A stretch of DNA of 51,548 nt from Escherichia phage SKA49. This document shows, in pieces, positions 1 to 8,221 of this stretch. A model generated the notes under the pieces. The model worked only from the letters and a program-made list of their open reading frames with translations. It did no database searches and was not told the origin of the DNA. Numbering within the stretch: position 1 is the stretch's first letter; each line of letters opens with the position of its first letter. The stretch lies in the sequence record NC_079180.1. One strand, given 5' to 3'. Both the position numbers and the translations under genes were made by a program.

Positions 1-170
1 GCTCACTTCGCCCGCTTTATATTATAATTTTATTTTGGGCCAGCGGGGAGGGGAAGTTGTGACATTATTATTTTAAAATTTTTTATCTCCGAGGAGGGGA
101 AGCCCAACGTCCTATCGGACTTAAAATACGGTCCCTACCCCAACTTTTTCCTACAGCCTATCGGCTTTCA
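1..170. repeat. left-end non-coding repeat region
   Basis: G-rich motif GGGGAGGGGAAG at about 45-56 and GAGGAGGGGAAG at 91-102; 12-bp palindromes GTCCTATCGGAC (109-120) and AGCCTATCGGCT (155-166); AT-rich runs; no ORF. Confidence 0.35.
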
Positions 171-250
171 AACAACACCAAGTTAGGCGCTTCGCTTATA
201 AGTCAAGGTCAAAGGCAATCAGAGTACGCTGTTGTAATGTGCTAGTCTCA

Positions 251-270
251 CCATTAGTTGGTTGTGATTA
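251..270 (+). promoter_or_regulatory. variant of the phage promoter-like motif (CCATTAGTTGGTTGTGATT) upstream of the RNAP gene
   Basis: Matches the core CATTAGTTGG-TGTGA shared by seven other intergenic copies; lies 60 nt upstream of the RNAP start. Confidence 0.4.
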
Positions 271-330
271 TGAATAGGCTACGCAAGTCTAATCCGTTTC
301 AGTTAAATCATAATCAATTGGAGACTTATC

Positions 331-2445
331 ATGACTAACGAAGAATACCGTGCACTGGCTGCTGATGGCGCTCGCTTGAAAGAAGAAGGCCAAGGTTGGA
401 AAGACGTGCTCGATACGATGGACCGTTGCAACCAGATGGTAGATGAAATCACCTCCGTTACACAAACCGAAACTAAAACCGAAACTAAATTGGAGACTCG
501 CAAAATGACAACTATCTCAACTCAAACTATCAAATCCGTTGTCCCTGCTATCACTGCTCTGGTATATCGTGCCAAAGAGAAACAGAACTACATGCAGCCT
601 CAGACCTGTGCTATTGCTGCTCTTGCAATCTTTAAGATGATGACCTCATTCACTCGTGATGACGTTGTTCCTGCCATTGCGATGGTTGAGCTGGCTTCTG
701 CTTCTATTGCTGATGCCAACCGCTACAACAACGACTTGAAAGCAATGCACTATGTTGACCCAGCTATCAACCTCATTGGTCTGGCTAAGCACTTCGGCTT
801 CATTACCATGAACGAAGACAAGTCATTCCAACAGACTGACACATGGGTTGAACTGGTTACAACCAAAGACACAGCAGTGCCATTCACTGAGCGTGTTACA
901 TCTGAATCTCGTCGCAAGCCTTTCGTTAAAGGTGGCAAAGTTAAGCCATCCAAAACTTTGAAAGCTGCAATCGAATTCCTGCAAGATACTGAGTACCATG
1001 TGGAGACTGAGATGGTTCGCATCATCCAGTCCATGATTGAACAGCGTACTTATGGTGGCTTGCAGATGCCAGAAGCAATCCAGACTGAACTCCATGTTTG
1101 GAACAATGCTGTAGCAATGATGAATCAGGACACACTGTATTCTGACTACTTTGCTGACAACCGTGGTCGCCTGTATCATGTAGCATGTGCTGGTCCTAAC
1201 CCACAATCCTCTGACTTTGCTCGTTGCTTGTATTCTCACAATGTTGAGAACATCGTTAAGAAGTTTAACGAAGATGGTTCTACTACCATTGCATACAACA
1301 TGTTCATGGCAGAGCTGGAAGATATTTCCGGTGGTGAATGGTGCAGTGCTAAACGTCTGACCTATGTTGCTCAGAATCCAGCTGGTTCACTTGCTCGCAT
1401 GATGAACATGCCTAAAGCTGAACGTCCTTCTAAGCCATTCACTTATGTTCGTCTGGCTCTGGATTGGTTCAAGTTTGAGACTACAGGTGAATGCGATTCT
1501 CGTGTAGGCTTTGGCTTAGATGCTAAATGTTCTGGTACTCAATATCTGGCATTCATTGCTGGTAACATGGAAATGGCTCGTGCAACAGGTCTGGTTGATT
1601 CTGAGACTAAAGCATCTGACCCATACCAGTTGAGTCTTCGTGAACTGTTGAAGCTGCTGGACAAGTCTTCAATGAAACCTTCTGTTGAAATCATGGATGA
1701 ATTCTTGAACCCTAAAGCTGGTCGTAAGTTTATCAAAACTCCGTACATGGCTATTCAATATGGTGGTGGTAAAGCTGCATTAACTGGTTCATCTGACTTC
1801 ATTAGCTACATGACAGAAGCGCTCCAGATTCCTATGGAGAAAGCTGAGGCATTTGCTGAACTGTGTGTAGAAGCAATCCATAACGCATTGGGTGCTAAGA
1901 TTAACATGTTCATCGAGAAAGCTGCTGATGCTGCATACAACCGTTGTGTTGAACTCAACAAAGAGTACATCACATATCGTCACACTGATGGTCAGGTTGT
2001 AATGAAGCCTTGCTTCCCATCTCGTGAAATCTGTGAGGCATTCAGCATTCGTGTTGACTCACAAACTCGTGTTATCTTTGGCCAGATTCAGGAGAATAAG
2101 CCTTGGACCATTCGTGAATCCAATCCAACTAAAGAAGAATTCAAGCGTACTTTCGTTGTTAACTACATTCAAGGTATTGACGCATTGGTTGCTCGTACTG
2201 TTGCAGTTAAGGCTAAAGAAGCTGGTCTTCGTGGCTTCACTTCAATCCATGATTGTTTCCGTTGCTGTCTGGCAGATGCTCCACGTATGATGGAAGTTAT
2301 TCGTGCAGCATATGTTGAAATCTTTGTAACCAACAATCAATTCGAGAATCTGTCTAAGCAACTCGGTGGCATTCAGATGTATCATGAGAACATCGTAACC
2401 GAAGAGCTTCTGATGAGCGAACACGCTTACTACTTCTGTCAATAA
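331..2445 (+). CDS. T7-type single-subunit DNA-dependent RNA polymerase (compact, 704 aa)
   Basis: Motif A-like FGLDAKCSGTQYLA, motif B-like GRKFIKTPYMAIQYGGG, motif C TSIHDCF with catalytic Asp; GGAG RBS before ATG. Confidence 0.85.
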   Translation: MTNEEYRALAADGARLKEEGQGWKDVLDTMDRCNQMVDEITSVTQTETKTETKLETRKMTTISTQTIKSVVPAITALVYRAKEKQNYMQPQTCAIAALAIFKMMTSFTRDDVVPAIAMVELASASIADANRYNNDLKAMHYVDPAINLIGLAKHFGFITMNEDKSFQQTDTWVELVTTKDTAVPFTERVTSESRRKPFVKGGKVKPSKTLKAAIEFLQDTEYHVETEMVRIIQSMIEQRTYGGLQMPEAIQTELHVWNNAVAMMNQDTLYSDYFADNRGRLYHVACAGPNPQSSDFARCLYSHNVENIVKKFNEDGSTTIAYNMFMAELEDISGGEWCSAKRLTYVAQNPAGSLARMMNMPKAERPSKPFTYVRLALDWFKFETTGECDSRVGFGLDAKCSGTQYLAFIAGNMEMARATGLVDSETKASDPYQLSLRELLKLLDKSSMKPSVEIMDEFLNPKAGRKFIKTPYMAIQYGGGKAALTGSSDFISYMTEALQIPMEKAEAFAELCVEAIHNALGAKINMFIEKAADAAYNRCVELNKEYITYRHTDGQVVMKPCFPSREICEAFSIRVDSQTRVIFGQIQENKPWTIRESNPTKEEFKRTFVVNYIQGIDALVARTVAVKAKEAGLRGFTSIHDCFRCCLADAPRMMEVIRAAYVEIFVTNNQFENLSKQLGGIQMYHENIVTEELLMSEHAYYFCQ

Positions 2446-2453
2446 GAGAAACA

Positions 2454-2497
2454 GGGCTGTCATCGAAAGGTGATGGCCCTTTCTTTATTCTTTATTA
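2454..2497 (+). terminator. intrinsic terminator after RNAP gene
   Basis: Hairpin GGGCTGTCAT-CGAAAG-GTGATGGCCC (with G-T pairs) followed by TTTCTTTATTCTTTATT. Confidence 0.55.
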
Positions 2498-2525
2498 ATT
2501 AAATCCTTTAATTCCCAATATTCAA

Positions 2526-3300
2526 GCAATATTGCTGCATGTAATATTGTTTCAATATTCGACATTAGTTGGATGTGAAGTAACAGAATACGGAGAAGTA
2601 TTCCGCATGTCATGTTGAATCATTCTAGAAACATTCAGCATGTCAGCTTTGAGTTACAGCGTTGTAATGATGTGGCAATCATTGAACTCCCTGGGAAGGC
2701 CACCTACAGTTCCAGCAACCATGACTTAGAGTAGGAATATCTATCCGAAACTTGGACTTCATTGTAGTTTGGTGTGCTTCATCGTGAGAAAGGTAGCGAC
2801 AACTTTCATAAGCAAATAGCATGACTCATTCCAGACAAACTTGGAACAGCTCATGTAGTACCAGCATGTTCAATTGCGACAATATTGCTCCATCTCCTAT
2901 TATAAAGGCCCACCCACAAGCCGGGAGATAACTTTGGTAATATTGGAACTTTTGGACATGCTTCTTTCTTTCAATCAGAATTCGAAAGAAGAGAAGAGTC
3001 GGAGCAAAGCCTCTCGTTTACACGCAGAAGCCGCCCCGATTTTGAGCAACAAATATTGTGACAATATTGTCGCAGTATGGCATGTAAATATTGCTACAAA
3101 TTGGCATGTTAGAATGTGGCAGAATTGTTAGAGGACTAATCACCTCGAAGATACAATCGTCTGCCAATCTGGCATGTTAATTTTGTAACAGTATTTGTGC
3201 CAATTTCGCATGTAGTATTTAACCCAATATTCTTGCAACCCGCATGAATACTGGCTTTCAGCCAAGCGAAGGCTTTATCATCGCATGTAATATTGTGACA
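2526..3300. repeat. cluster of AT-rich palindromic motifs (CAATATTG, GACAATATTGTC) and GCATGTAATATTG-like repeats
   Basis: CAATATTG or near copies at about 2527, 2545, 2877, 3049, 3058, 3087, 3294, 3302; (G/C)GCATGT(A/T)A-TATT at about 2536, 3080, 3102, 3169, 3205, 3282. Confidence 0.5.
2562..2580 (+). promoter_or_regulatory. phage promoter-like motif ACATTAGTTGGATGTGAAG
   Basis: Conserved about 19-bp motif in an intergenic position, one of eight copies. Confidence 0.55.
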
Positions 3301-3508
3301 ATATTGGGATAAAACCCTTTATTTAAATCATTTAGTTTATTAATTAAATGGTCGGTTTTCTGTACATAGGTATTCAGCTGTTTGTGCCAAATACAAACAA
3401 GTTGGCTGCTTCTACAGAACTCCAGTGCTACAAATGTTCGTGCCAATCTGCTGCAATTTATCTCATTTGGCGGGGTAATATTGTATTAGGTTGGTACGTC
3501 ATTATTTC

Positions 3509-3529
3509 GATTAGTTGCATGTGAATAAG
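3509..3529 (+). promoter_or_regulatory. degenerate promoter-like motif GATTAGTTGCATGTGAATAAG
   Basis: Partial match to the ACATTAGTTGGATGTGAAG consensus, upstream of the early gene cluster. Confidence 0.3.
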
Positions 3530-3717
3530 ACCAAATCTCTGTAAATTCTGTGACAGATTTTAGAGAGATTATGTCTCCAAGCTAATCATTGTAGTTTTTA
3601 GACACTTTGTGTGTCACATATATAGCCTGTGAAAAACGTGTGGTATATTGCTGGATTGCGACGCGCCCACCAGACTAGGAAGTCACTGACGGCGGCACAC
3701 ACAGGAATACTATATAA

Positions 3718-3780
3718 CTCCCTACAACTTTAAGGTGGATTGAGGTAAGACAAGACCTCCACAATCGTTCTGTAGGGAGT
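3718..3780 (+). promoter_or_regulatory. 9-bp inverted repeat (CTCCCTACA ... TGTAGGGAG) with nested GTGGA/TCCAC stem, upstream of first early gene
   Basis: Perfect reverse-complement arms 3718-3726 and 3772-3780 separated by 45 nt; candidate RNA structure or processing site. Confidence 0.35.
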
Positions 3781-3804
3781 TTTCCTTTAACTTTGGAGAA
3801 TAAA

Positions 3805-4053
3805 ATGGATACTGTGATTAAAGCTGCTTGTTTCAAAGACCTGCAAGATGGTCAAATCTTCACTGTTCGTTCTGTGAAGTGGATTAAAGTAAATGAGTCA
3901 GATAAGTACAATGCTGTAAAGTTCTTTGATTCAAGCAAAGCATGTACTTTTAGCGACAATATTGTTGTCAATATTGAAGTCGAATTAATTCCTGATGACG
4001 GAGATGTTGAAGCAACTCTTCGTAACACTGCTGGATATAACGAGGGATTCTAA
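3805..4053 (+). CDS. hypothetical early protein (82 aa)
   Basis: ATG with GGAG RBS 6 nt upstream; track ORF begins at TTG 3793. Confidence 0.6.
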   Translation: MDTVIKAACFKDLQDGQIFTVRSVKWIKVNESDKYNAVKFFDSSKACTFSDNIVVNIEVELIPDDGDVEATLRNTAGYNEGF

Positions 4054-4296
4054 ATGAATTATGCTTTATATCAATACATCAATCGCGATGGTGTTGTTTC
4101 TCATGCTTTGGTTAATACTGAAACCAGAGCAATAATGTTGGCAGACTTAATATCTTATACATCACTTTACGAAAACAAGCTGGTGTGGAATAATGCCGCA
4201 TATCCTGAATATGTTTGGCAAGCAATCCAGAATGACAAACATCACAAAGTTGTGGCAACTGCCACACATCCAGATTTCTTGAAAGTAAGAGGTTAA
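4054..4296 (+). CDS. hypothetical early protein (80 aa)
   Basis: ATG abuts upstream stop (TAAATG); track ORF. Confidence 0.55.
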   Translation: MNYALYQYINRDGVVSHALVNTETRAIMLADLISYTSLYENKLVWNNAAYPEYVWQAIQNDKHHKVVATATHPDFLKVRG

Positions 4297-4298
4297 CA

Positions 4299-4487
4299 AT
4301 GGACTTCATCGTCTACTTTAAGTTAAATGGTGTGGAGCAAAGATTGTACTTCAATTCTTTACTTCGTTTGCAACAGTGGGCGGAGAAGTTTATTGGTTAC
4401 GACTTTGAATACATCAACGCATGTACACCTGACGAACATGAGGAAATCGTGTTCAGTTCATTAAACCAGATTCTGGAGGCCAAATGA
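4299..4487 (+). CDS. hypothetical early protein (62 aa)
   Basis: AAGAGG RBS before ATG; track ORF. Confidence 0.55.
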   Translation: MDFIVYFKLNGVEQRLYFNSLLRLQQWAEKFIGYDFEYINACTPDEHEEIVFSSLNQILEAK

Positions 4488-4648
4488 AGTTGTCCCACTT
4501 CAAATCTTTTAAATCCTGTGTTTACGCTGCTGCCTATGGCAGTTCAAACAAACGTTTGAAGAAAATGGCTAAAGAAGCAAATCCACGTATGCCTGCTCGT
4601 GAAGTGGCAAGACGTGTTAAATCAATTTACGAATATCTGGAGTATTAA
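4484..4648 (+). CDS. hypothetical small basic protein (54 aa)
   Basis: ATG overlaps upstream stop (ATGA); GGAGG RBS; below the 60-aa track cutoff, found by reading. Confidence 0.4.
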   Translation: MKLSHFKSFKSCVYAAAYGSSNKRLKKMAKEANPRMPAREVARRVKSIYEYLEY

Positions 4649-4831
4649 GTGAGCTATGAGAATCTGCTACTAAGAACTGGTGGTGGGATGCTCATACTGA
4701 CCACACCTGAGTTCCATTTCACGAAGGTTTACTCCGAAGAATTTAAATCCTGGTTCCCAGCAAGTCTAAAAACACGATGGCTTAAAGATTGTGTACTTGT
4801 TGGGAAGAATGTGAAGTTAAGGAACAAATAA
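4649..4831 (+). CDS. hypothetical protein (60 aa, GTG start)
   Basis: GGAG 7 nt before GTG; track ORF. Confidence 0.35.
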   Translation: MSYENLLLRTGGGMLILTTPEFHFTKVYSEEFKSWFPASLKTRWLKDCVLVGKNVKLRNK

Positions 4832-5004
4832 TGAACGACCAGCAATTCAACACATTCATGCAGCAGATTAATCATCAAGAATTGATGGACACTCTCAAAG
4901 GCAAGAAGCCAGTCGAACGTAAATATAGTAAAATTGATAATTATATGCCAACAATCATTGCATGTGTTGGTGTTGCTATTGTTCTCTACTTCCTGGTGAA
5001 ATAA
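4831..5004 (+). CDS. small protein with hydrophobic C-terminal segment (57 aa)
   Basis: AAGGA RBS before ATG 4831; C-terminus TIIACVGVAIVLYFLV looks transmembrane. Confidence 0.45.
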   Translation: MNDQQFNTFMQQINHQELMDTLKGKKPVERKYSKIDNYMPTIIACVGVAIVLYFLVK

Positions 5005-5087
5005 TGGACATTGTTAAGAAATTAGTATTCTGCATTCTAATGTTCCCTCTGGTGCTGCTCGTTGTGGGCAGCTTCTTAATCTTCTAA
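5004..5087 (+). CDS. possible 27-aa hydrophobic peptide MDIVKKLVFCILMFPLVLLVVGSFLIF
   Basis: ATG overlaps upstream stop (TAATG); entirely hydrophobic; below track cutoff. Confidence 0.25.
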   Translation: MDIVKKLVFCILMFPLVLLVVGSFLIF

Positions 5088-5099
5088 TAAGGCAATTCC

Positions 5100-5396
5100 A
5101 TGTCAATTCAGAAATTCCTTGATGTATCAAACGTTGCTAAGAATTCGATTCCAAGCAATCCTGACATTCTGACCTCAATGCGTGTTGATGTTGCACTTCT
5201 GGCTTTGGCTGGTGAGCACATCAATGTACTTGAAAGGCAAGTATATGACTTACAAACTGAATCAGACCGTCGAGCAGAGGTGTTGATTGAGTTCCAGAAA
5301 TCTTACGATGCTCTGCAAGAAGACCGAAACAATTTGCAACAACGGCTTGCAGATGCACTTGAAGAAATCGAAAGGTTAACACCTCCAACCGAATAA
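5100..5396 (+). CDS. hypothetical protein, coiled-coil-like (98 aa)
   Basis: Track ORF; heptad-like C-terminus. Confidence 0.55.
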   Translation: MSIQKFLDVSNVAKNSIPSNPDILTSMRVDVALLALAGEHINVLERQVYDLQTESDRRAEVLIEFQKSYDALQEDRNNLQQRLADALEEIERLTPPTE

Positions 5397-5411
5397 CTAT
5401 TGGGAGTTATT

Positions 5412-5675
5412 ATGGCTACTAAAACCGGAATGATGATTGTCCCAAGCCGTAATAACTCTTTAAGCGGCTTCACTCCGTATAAAATCTATGAAGTAATTTC
5501 TGGCACTGGTGAAGCAAACCTGTCAGAAGTTGCTTTGAAGTTGGGCCGTATGGTCCACTCCGAAATCTCCTGTAACGTAGTTGATGATGAAGGTAAAATC
5601 CGTTTTGTAACAATGGATTTCTTTCGTGAATTTAACCTCAAATCTGAGATAGGTGTTTTATATCATGAAATTTAA
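5412..5675 (+). CDS. hypothetical protein (87 aa)
   Basis: ATG with GGGAG RBS; in frame with track ORF 5400..5675. Confidence 0.55.
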   Translation: MATKTGMMIVPSRNNSLSGFTPYKIYEVISGTGEANLSEVALKLGRMVHSEISCNVVDDEGKIRFVTMDFFREFNLKSEIGVLYHEI

Positions 5676-5892
5676 ATGTGTTGCTTCAACCAAAGATTAT
5701 GTTCCAGTTGGCTTCATCGTTGAAGGTGAAGCTATCTCGCCTTTGGAATTTAAAGTGGCCAAATCGGCTGAGAATGTTTCTCCAGCATTTCGTAAAGGTG
5801 CTGTAGTGCCTATGAATGGTGCATTCTGGACATGGCAGCGTGACCATGAAGCAGAATTTGCAGACATTTGTGAACAAGGCAGTCTTCAATAA
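5665..5892 (+). CDS. hypothetical protein (75 aa)
   Basis: ATG 5665 with AGGTG RBS; in frame with track ORF 5653..5892. Confidence 0.5.
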   Translation: MKFKCVASTKDYVPVGFIVEGEAISPLEFKVAKSAENVSPAFRKGAVVPMNGAFWTWQRDHEAEFADICEQGSLQ

Positions 5893-5898
5893 TTTCCT

Positions 5899-5925
5899 CA
5901 ACCACTTTTGTAATGAGAGTGGTTG
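5899..5925 (+). terminator. hairpin CAACCACT-(11 nt)-AGTGGTTG after gene 5665..5892
   Basis: Perfect 8-bp stem immediately after stop codon; no strong T-run. Confidence 0.3.
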
Positions 5926-5955
5926 CTGAATATTATTAATCAACTTGGAGCATTT

Positions 5956-6246
5956 ATGAAACAGCGCACCCGTTTACAACGCGACCCAGCCACAGGTCGC
6001 TTGTTGCCAGCATATTTGAAAGTTGGTGACTTAGTTTACACTCGTGACTTTGCTTTTGACATTTGCCCAAGCAAAGCATATGAAGTTCTTGCCACCAGCT
6101 TGTCTGGTCCTAAAGTAATATTTGGTGCACTTGAGCCAATCCAGTTAACCGGAACTCAGTTTGTCATTAAAGATGAATCTGGTTGCAATCGTATCTTCAA
6201 TCTTGAAGGTGGTTTATCCAAATGGGAGAAGGTGAAGCGTGGGTAA
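5956..6246 (+). CDS. hypothetical protein (96 aa)
   Basis: ATG with GGAG RBS; in frame with track ORF 5923..6246. Confidence 0.5.
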   Translation: MKQRTRLQRDPATGRLLPAYLKVGDLVYTRDFAFDICPSKAYEVLATSLSGPKVIFGALEPIQLTGTQFVIKDESGCNRIFNLEGGLSKWEKVKRG

Positions 6247-6472
6247 GAATTATATCGAAATGTTTAAGAGAATCTCTTTCAATGGGCGAGAGTTCTTGCT
6301 AAACGATGCAAGGCAAGATGTAGAGCTGTCTGATAAGTACAGCTCCTTATATCAGAGAACCCTTGTAAAATGGACGTTCTCTTATATATCTTACAATCTT
6401 CCAGAAGAGACGCTTGTAATTAGCGGTTCTGGAAATTCAGTTTTGGCAGCTTTGGAGAAACTAAAGCAATGA
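6239..6472 (+). CDS. hypothetical protein (77 aa, GTG start)
   Basis: AGGTGA 5 nt before GTG; track ORF. Confidence 0.45.
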   Translation: MGKNYIEMFKRISFNGREFLLNDARQDVELSDKYSSLYQRTLVKWTFSYISYNLPEETLVISGSGNSVLAALEKLKQ

Positions 6473-6756
6473 ACAAGAATTCAGTCTTACGTTATGTGGG
6501 TAAAACAAACTACAACTTTACCAACGGTAAGAAATACAAAATCGTCGCAGGTCGTGGTGACGGAGTTCCTCGCAACAACGGTACACTCGGTGCGTATATT
6601 CAATCTCCTTTGGGTTTTGTCGTTAATGACGATAACCGCAATTTATGTTATCGTACATTCTCCGATAATTGGGAACTTGTGAAAGATTCTGGTGAAGTTA
6701 GTTGGTATAAACCTGAATCAAACATGGACCCGATTCCAATTTCAAAGGTGATGTAA
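6469..6756 (+). CDS. hypothetical protein (95 aa)
   Basis: ATG overlaps upstream stop; track ORF. Confidence 0.5.
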   Translation: MNKNSVLRYVGKTNYNFTNGKKYKIVAGRGDGVPRNNGTLGAYIQSPLGFVVNDDNRNLCYRTFSDNWELVKDSGEVSWYKPESNMDPIPISKVM

Positions 6757-6954
6757 ATGCGTGTAAATACCCATTTGTACAGCCACAAAAGTCACAGTCC
6801 TATGAACATCTCTGCTGGATGGACTCTGTGGTTTGTTGGTGAAGAATGCAGTCCTTGGCATAACGTCAAATGCAAATTCTTTCCTGTGAAGCCGACCAAA
6901 AAGCAAGTGCGCAAATTACGTAGGAAGTTCATAAACGATTGTAAATCCTGTTAA
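6757..6954 (+). CDS. hypothetical Cys-containing small protein (65 aa)
   Basis: AAGGTGA RBS; track ORF. Confidence 0.45.
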   Translation: MRVNTHLYSHKSHSPMNISAGWTLWFVGEECSPWHNVKCKFFPVKPTKKQVRKLRRKFINDCKSC

Positions 6955-6994
6955 ATTAACAAGGAGCATTCATTGAGTGTTCCTGATTAATCTA

Positions 6995-7013
6995 ACATTA
7001 GTTGGATATGAGG
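6995..7013 (+). promoter_or_regulatory. phage promoter-like motif ACATTAGTTGGATATGAGG
   Basis: Conserved motif about 70 nt upstream of gene 7084. Confidence 0.55.
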
Positions 7014-7083
7014 GACAAAGCTATTCCGTGGTTAGCAATGTCACTGAAACTTAAACTGTAATTAACTTAAGAGAATCTTAATC

Positions 7084-7464
7084 ATGGCACAATATTCAGA
7101 TGTAAACACTGGCATTATCGGTCCTAACGGCTTCAAGAAAGACCCAAAACATCCTGACATTCGTGGACGTATTAACGTTGACGGAATCTGGTATTGGGTA
7201 TCCGGTTGGAACAAGCAAGCAAATGGTAATGAGTTTACCTCACTTGCATTAACCATCATGACCCAAGAACAGGTCGATGAAATGATGCGTAAGCGTGAAG
7301 AGAAAGCTAAAGCCAAAGCTCAACCTCAAGCTGCCGCTCAACAGCAACAGCCTCGACAGCAACCTTCCGCACAACAGCAAGCTCCTGCTCAGCAACAAGC
7401 TCCGCAGTCGTCTGCATACAACCCAAATGAACCACAGGACTTTGACAGCGACATTCCGTTCTAG
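7084..7464 (+). CDS. small protein with bacterial-SSB-type C-terminal tail (ends NEPQDFDSDIPF); candidate mini-SSB or SSB-tail mimic
   Basis: Trp/Gly-rich N-terminal domain, Q/A/P-rich linker, C-terminal acidic tip ending DIPF as in bacterial SSB. Confidence 0.5.
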   Translation: MAQYSDVNTGIIGPNGFKKDPKHPDIRGRINVDGIWYWVSGWNKQANGNEFTSLALTIMTQEQVDEMMRKREEKAKAKAQPQAAAQQQQPRQQPSAQQQAPAQQQAPQSSAYNPNEPQDFDSDIPF

Positions 7465-7585
7465 TGGAGATGCCCTATGAAAATTCTATGTTTTATAGGG
7501 CTACATAATTGGGAAATTTCACACGAAAACGATTATGTAACCATTTGGGTGTGCAGTCACTGTTCAACAATGCGTGAGGAATATC

Positions 7586-8062
7586 ATGGCAAATAAATTT
7601 GTCGAAATACCTGCCAACTTGGTTAAAGCTGGCGACGTATTAGTATACAGCAACAGGGAATATTTAATCGTAAAAGTTCTGCGATTTAGTTCTGTGGTTC
7701 AACTCCAATATTCCGGAGGATACTACAATTTTGAGTTTGGGCGCATAGTAAAAGTGTTGGACAGGCCACCAGCTTCGGGAACTCCAACAATCGAGTTCCC
7801 TAACCAAATAAATCCAGTATTCATTCCTGTGGAGAACAACATGGAAACTTTAAATATCCAAAATGCAATCGAAGCACAACGTATTCTTCTGCAAAAGCTG
7901 GAGCAAATGCTTGATTTAACACAGCTTCCTCCAACAGAAGATGGCAAGATGGCAATTGGCAATGCATCAATTCGCGTGGACAAGGCAACAGTTGTTAAAG
8001 CCGCACGCGATGAAATGAAAGCTGCCGCAAGCAAATCCGCAGAGCTTATCAAGAAATTATGA
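7586..8062 (+). CDS. hypothetical protein (158 aa)
   Basis: ATG with GAGGA RBS; in frame with track ORF 7574..8062. Confidence 0.55.
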   Translation: MANKFVEIPANLVKAGDVLVYSNREYLIVKVLRFSSVVQLQYSGGYYNFEFGRIVKVLDRPPASGTPTIEFPNQINPVFIPVENNMETLNIQNAIEAQRILLQKLEQMLDLTQLPPTEDGKMAIGNASIRVDKATVVKAARDEMKAAASKSAELIKKL

Positions 8063-8221
8063 GAATCTTCTGCAAACTGTTTGGGCATAGTTGGGAGTTG
8101 GTCACAAAGTGGAGAGGTGTGAAAACCTACATGTGTACCTGCTGCCTGAAAATCAAAGAAGAGTAATTAACAGAGGTCATTCCACTTCGAGTGGCCTCGA
8201 TTAATTGTCACTGGAGCATTC

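Noticed and set aside
3080-3113. Sigma54-like TGGCATG...TTGC promoter elements
   Set aside because: The GG-to-GC spacing is 2 nt longer than the -24/-12 consensus, and the element recurs as part of the GCATGTAATATTG repeat family.
2874-3131. 85-aa track ORF (TTG start) inside the motif-rich region after the RNAP gene
   Set aside because: No RBS, alternative start codon, and it is built from the repeated GCATGT/AATATTG motifs; more likely non-coding.
2498-3530. Possible CRISPR array suggested by the many short repeated motifs
   Set aside because: Repeats are short (8-14 bp), degenerate, irregularly spaced and partly palindromic operators; there are no uniform 28-37 bp direct repeats with unique spacers and no cas genes.
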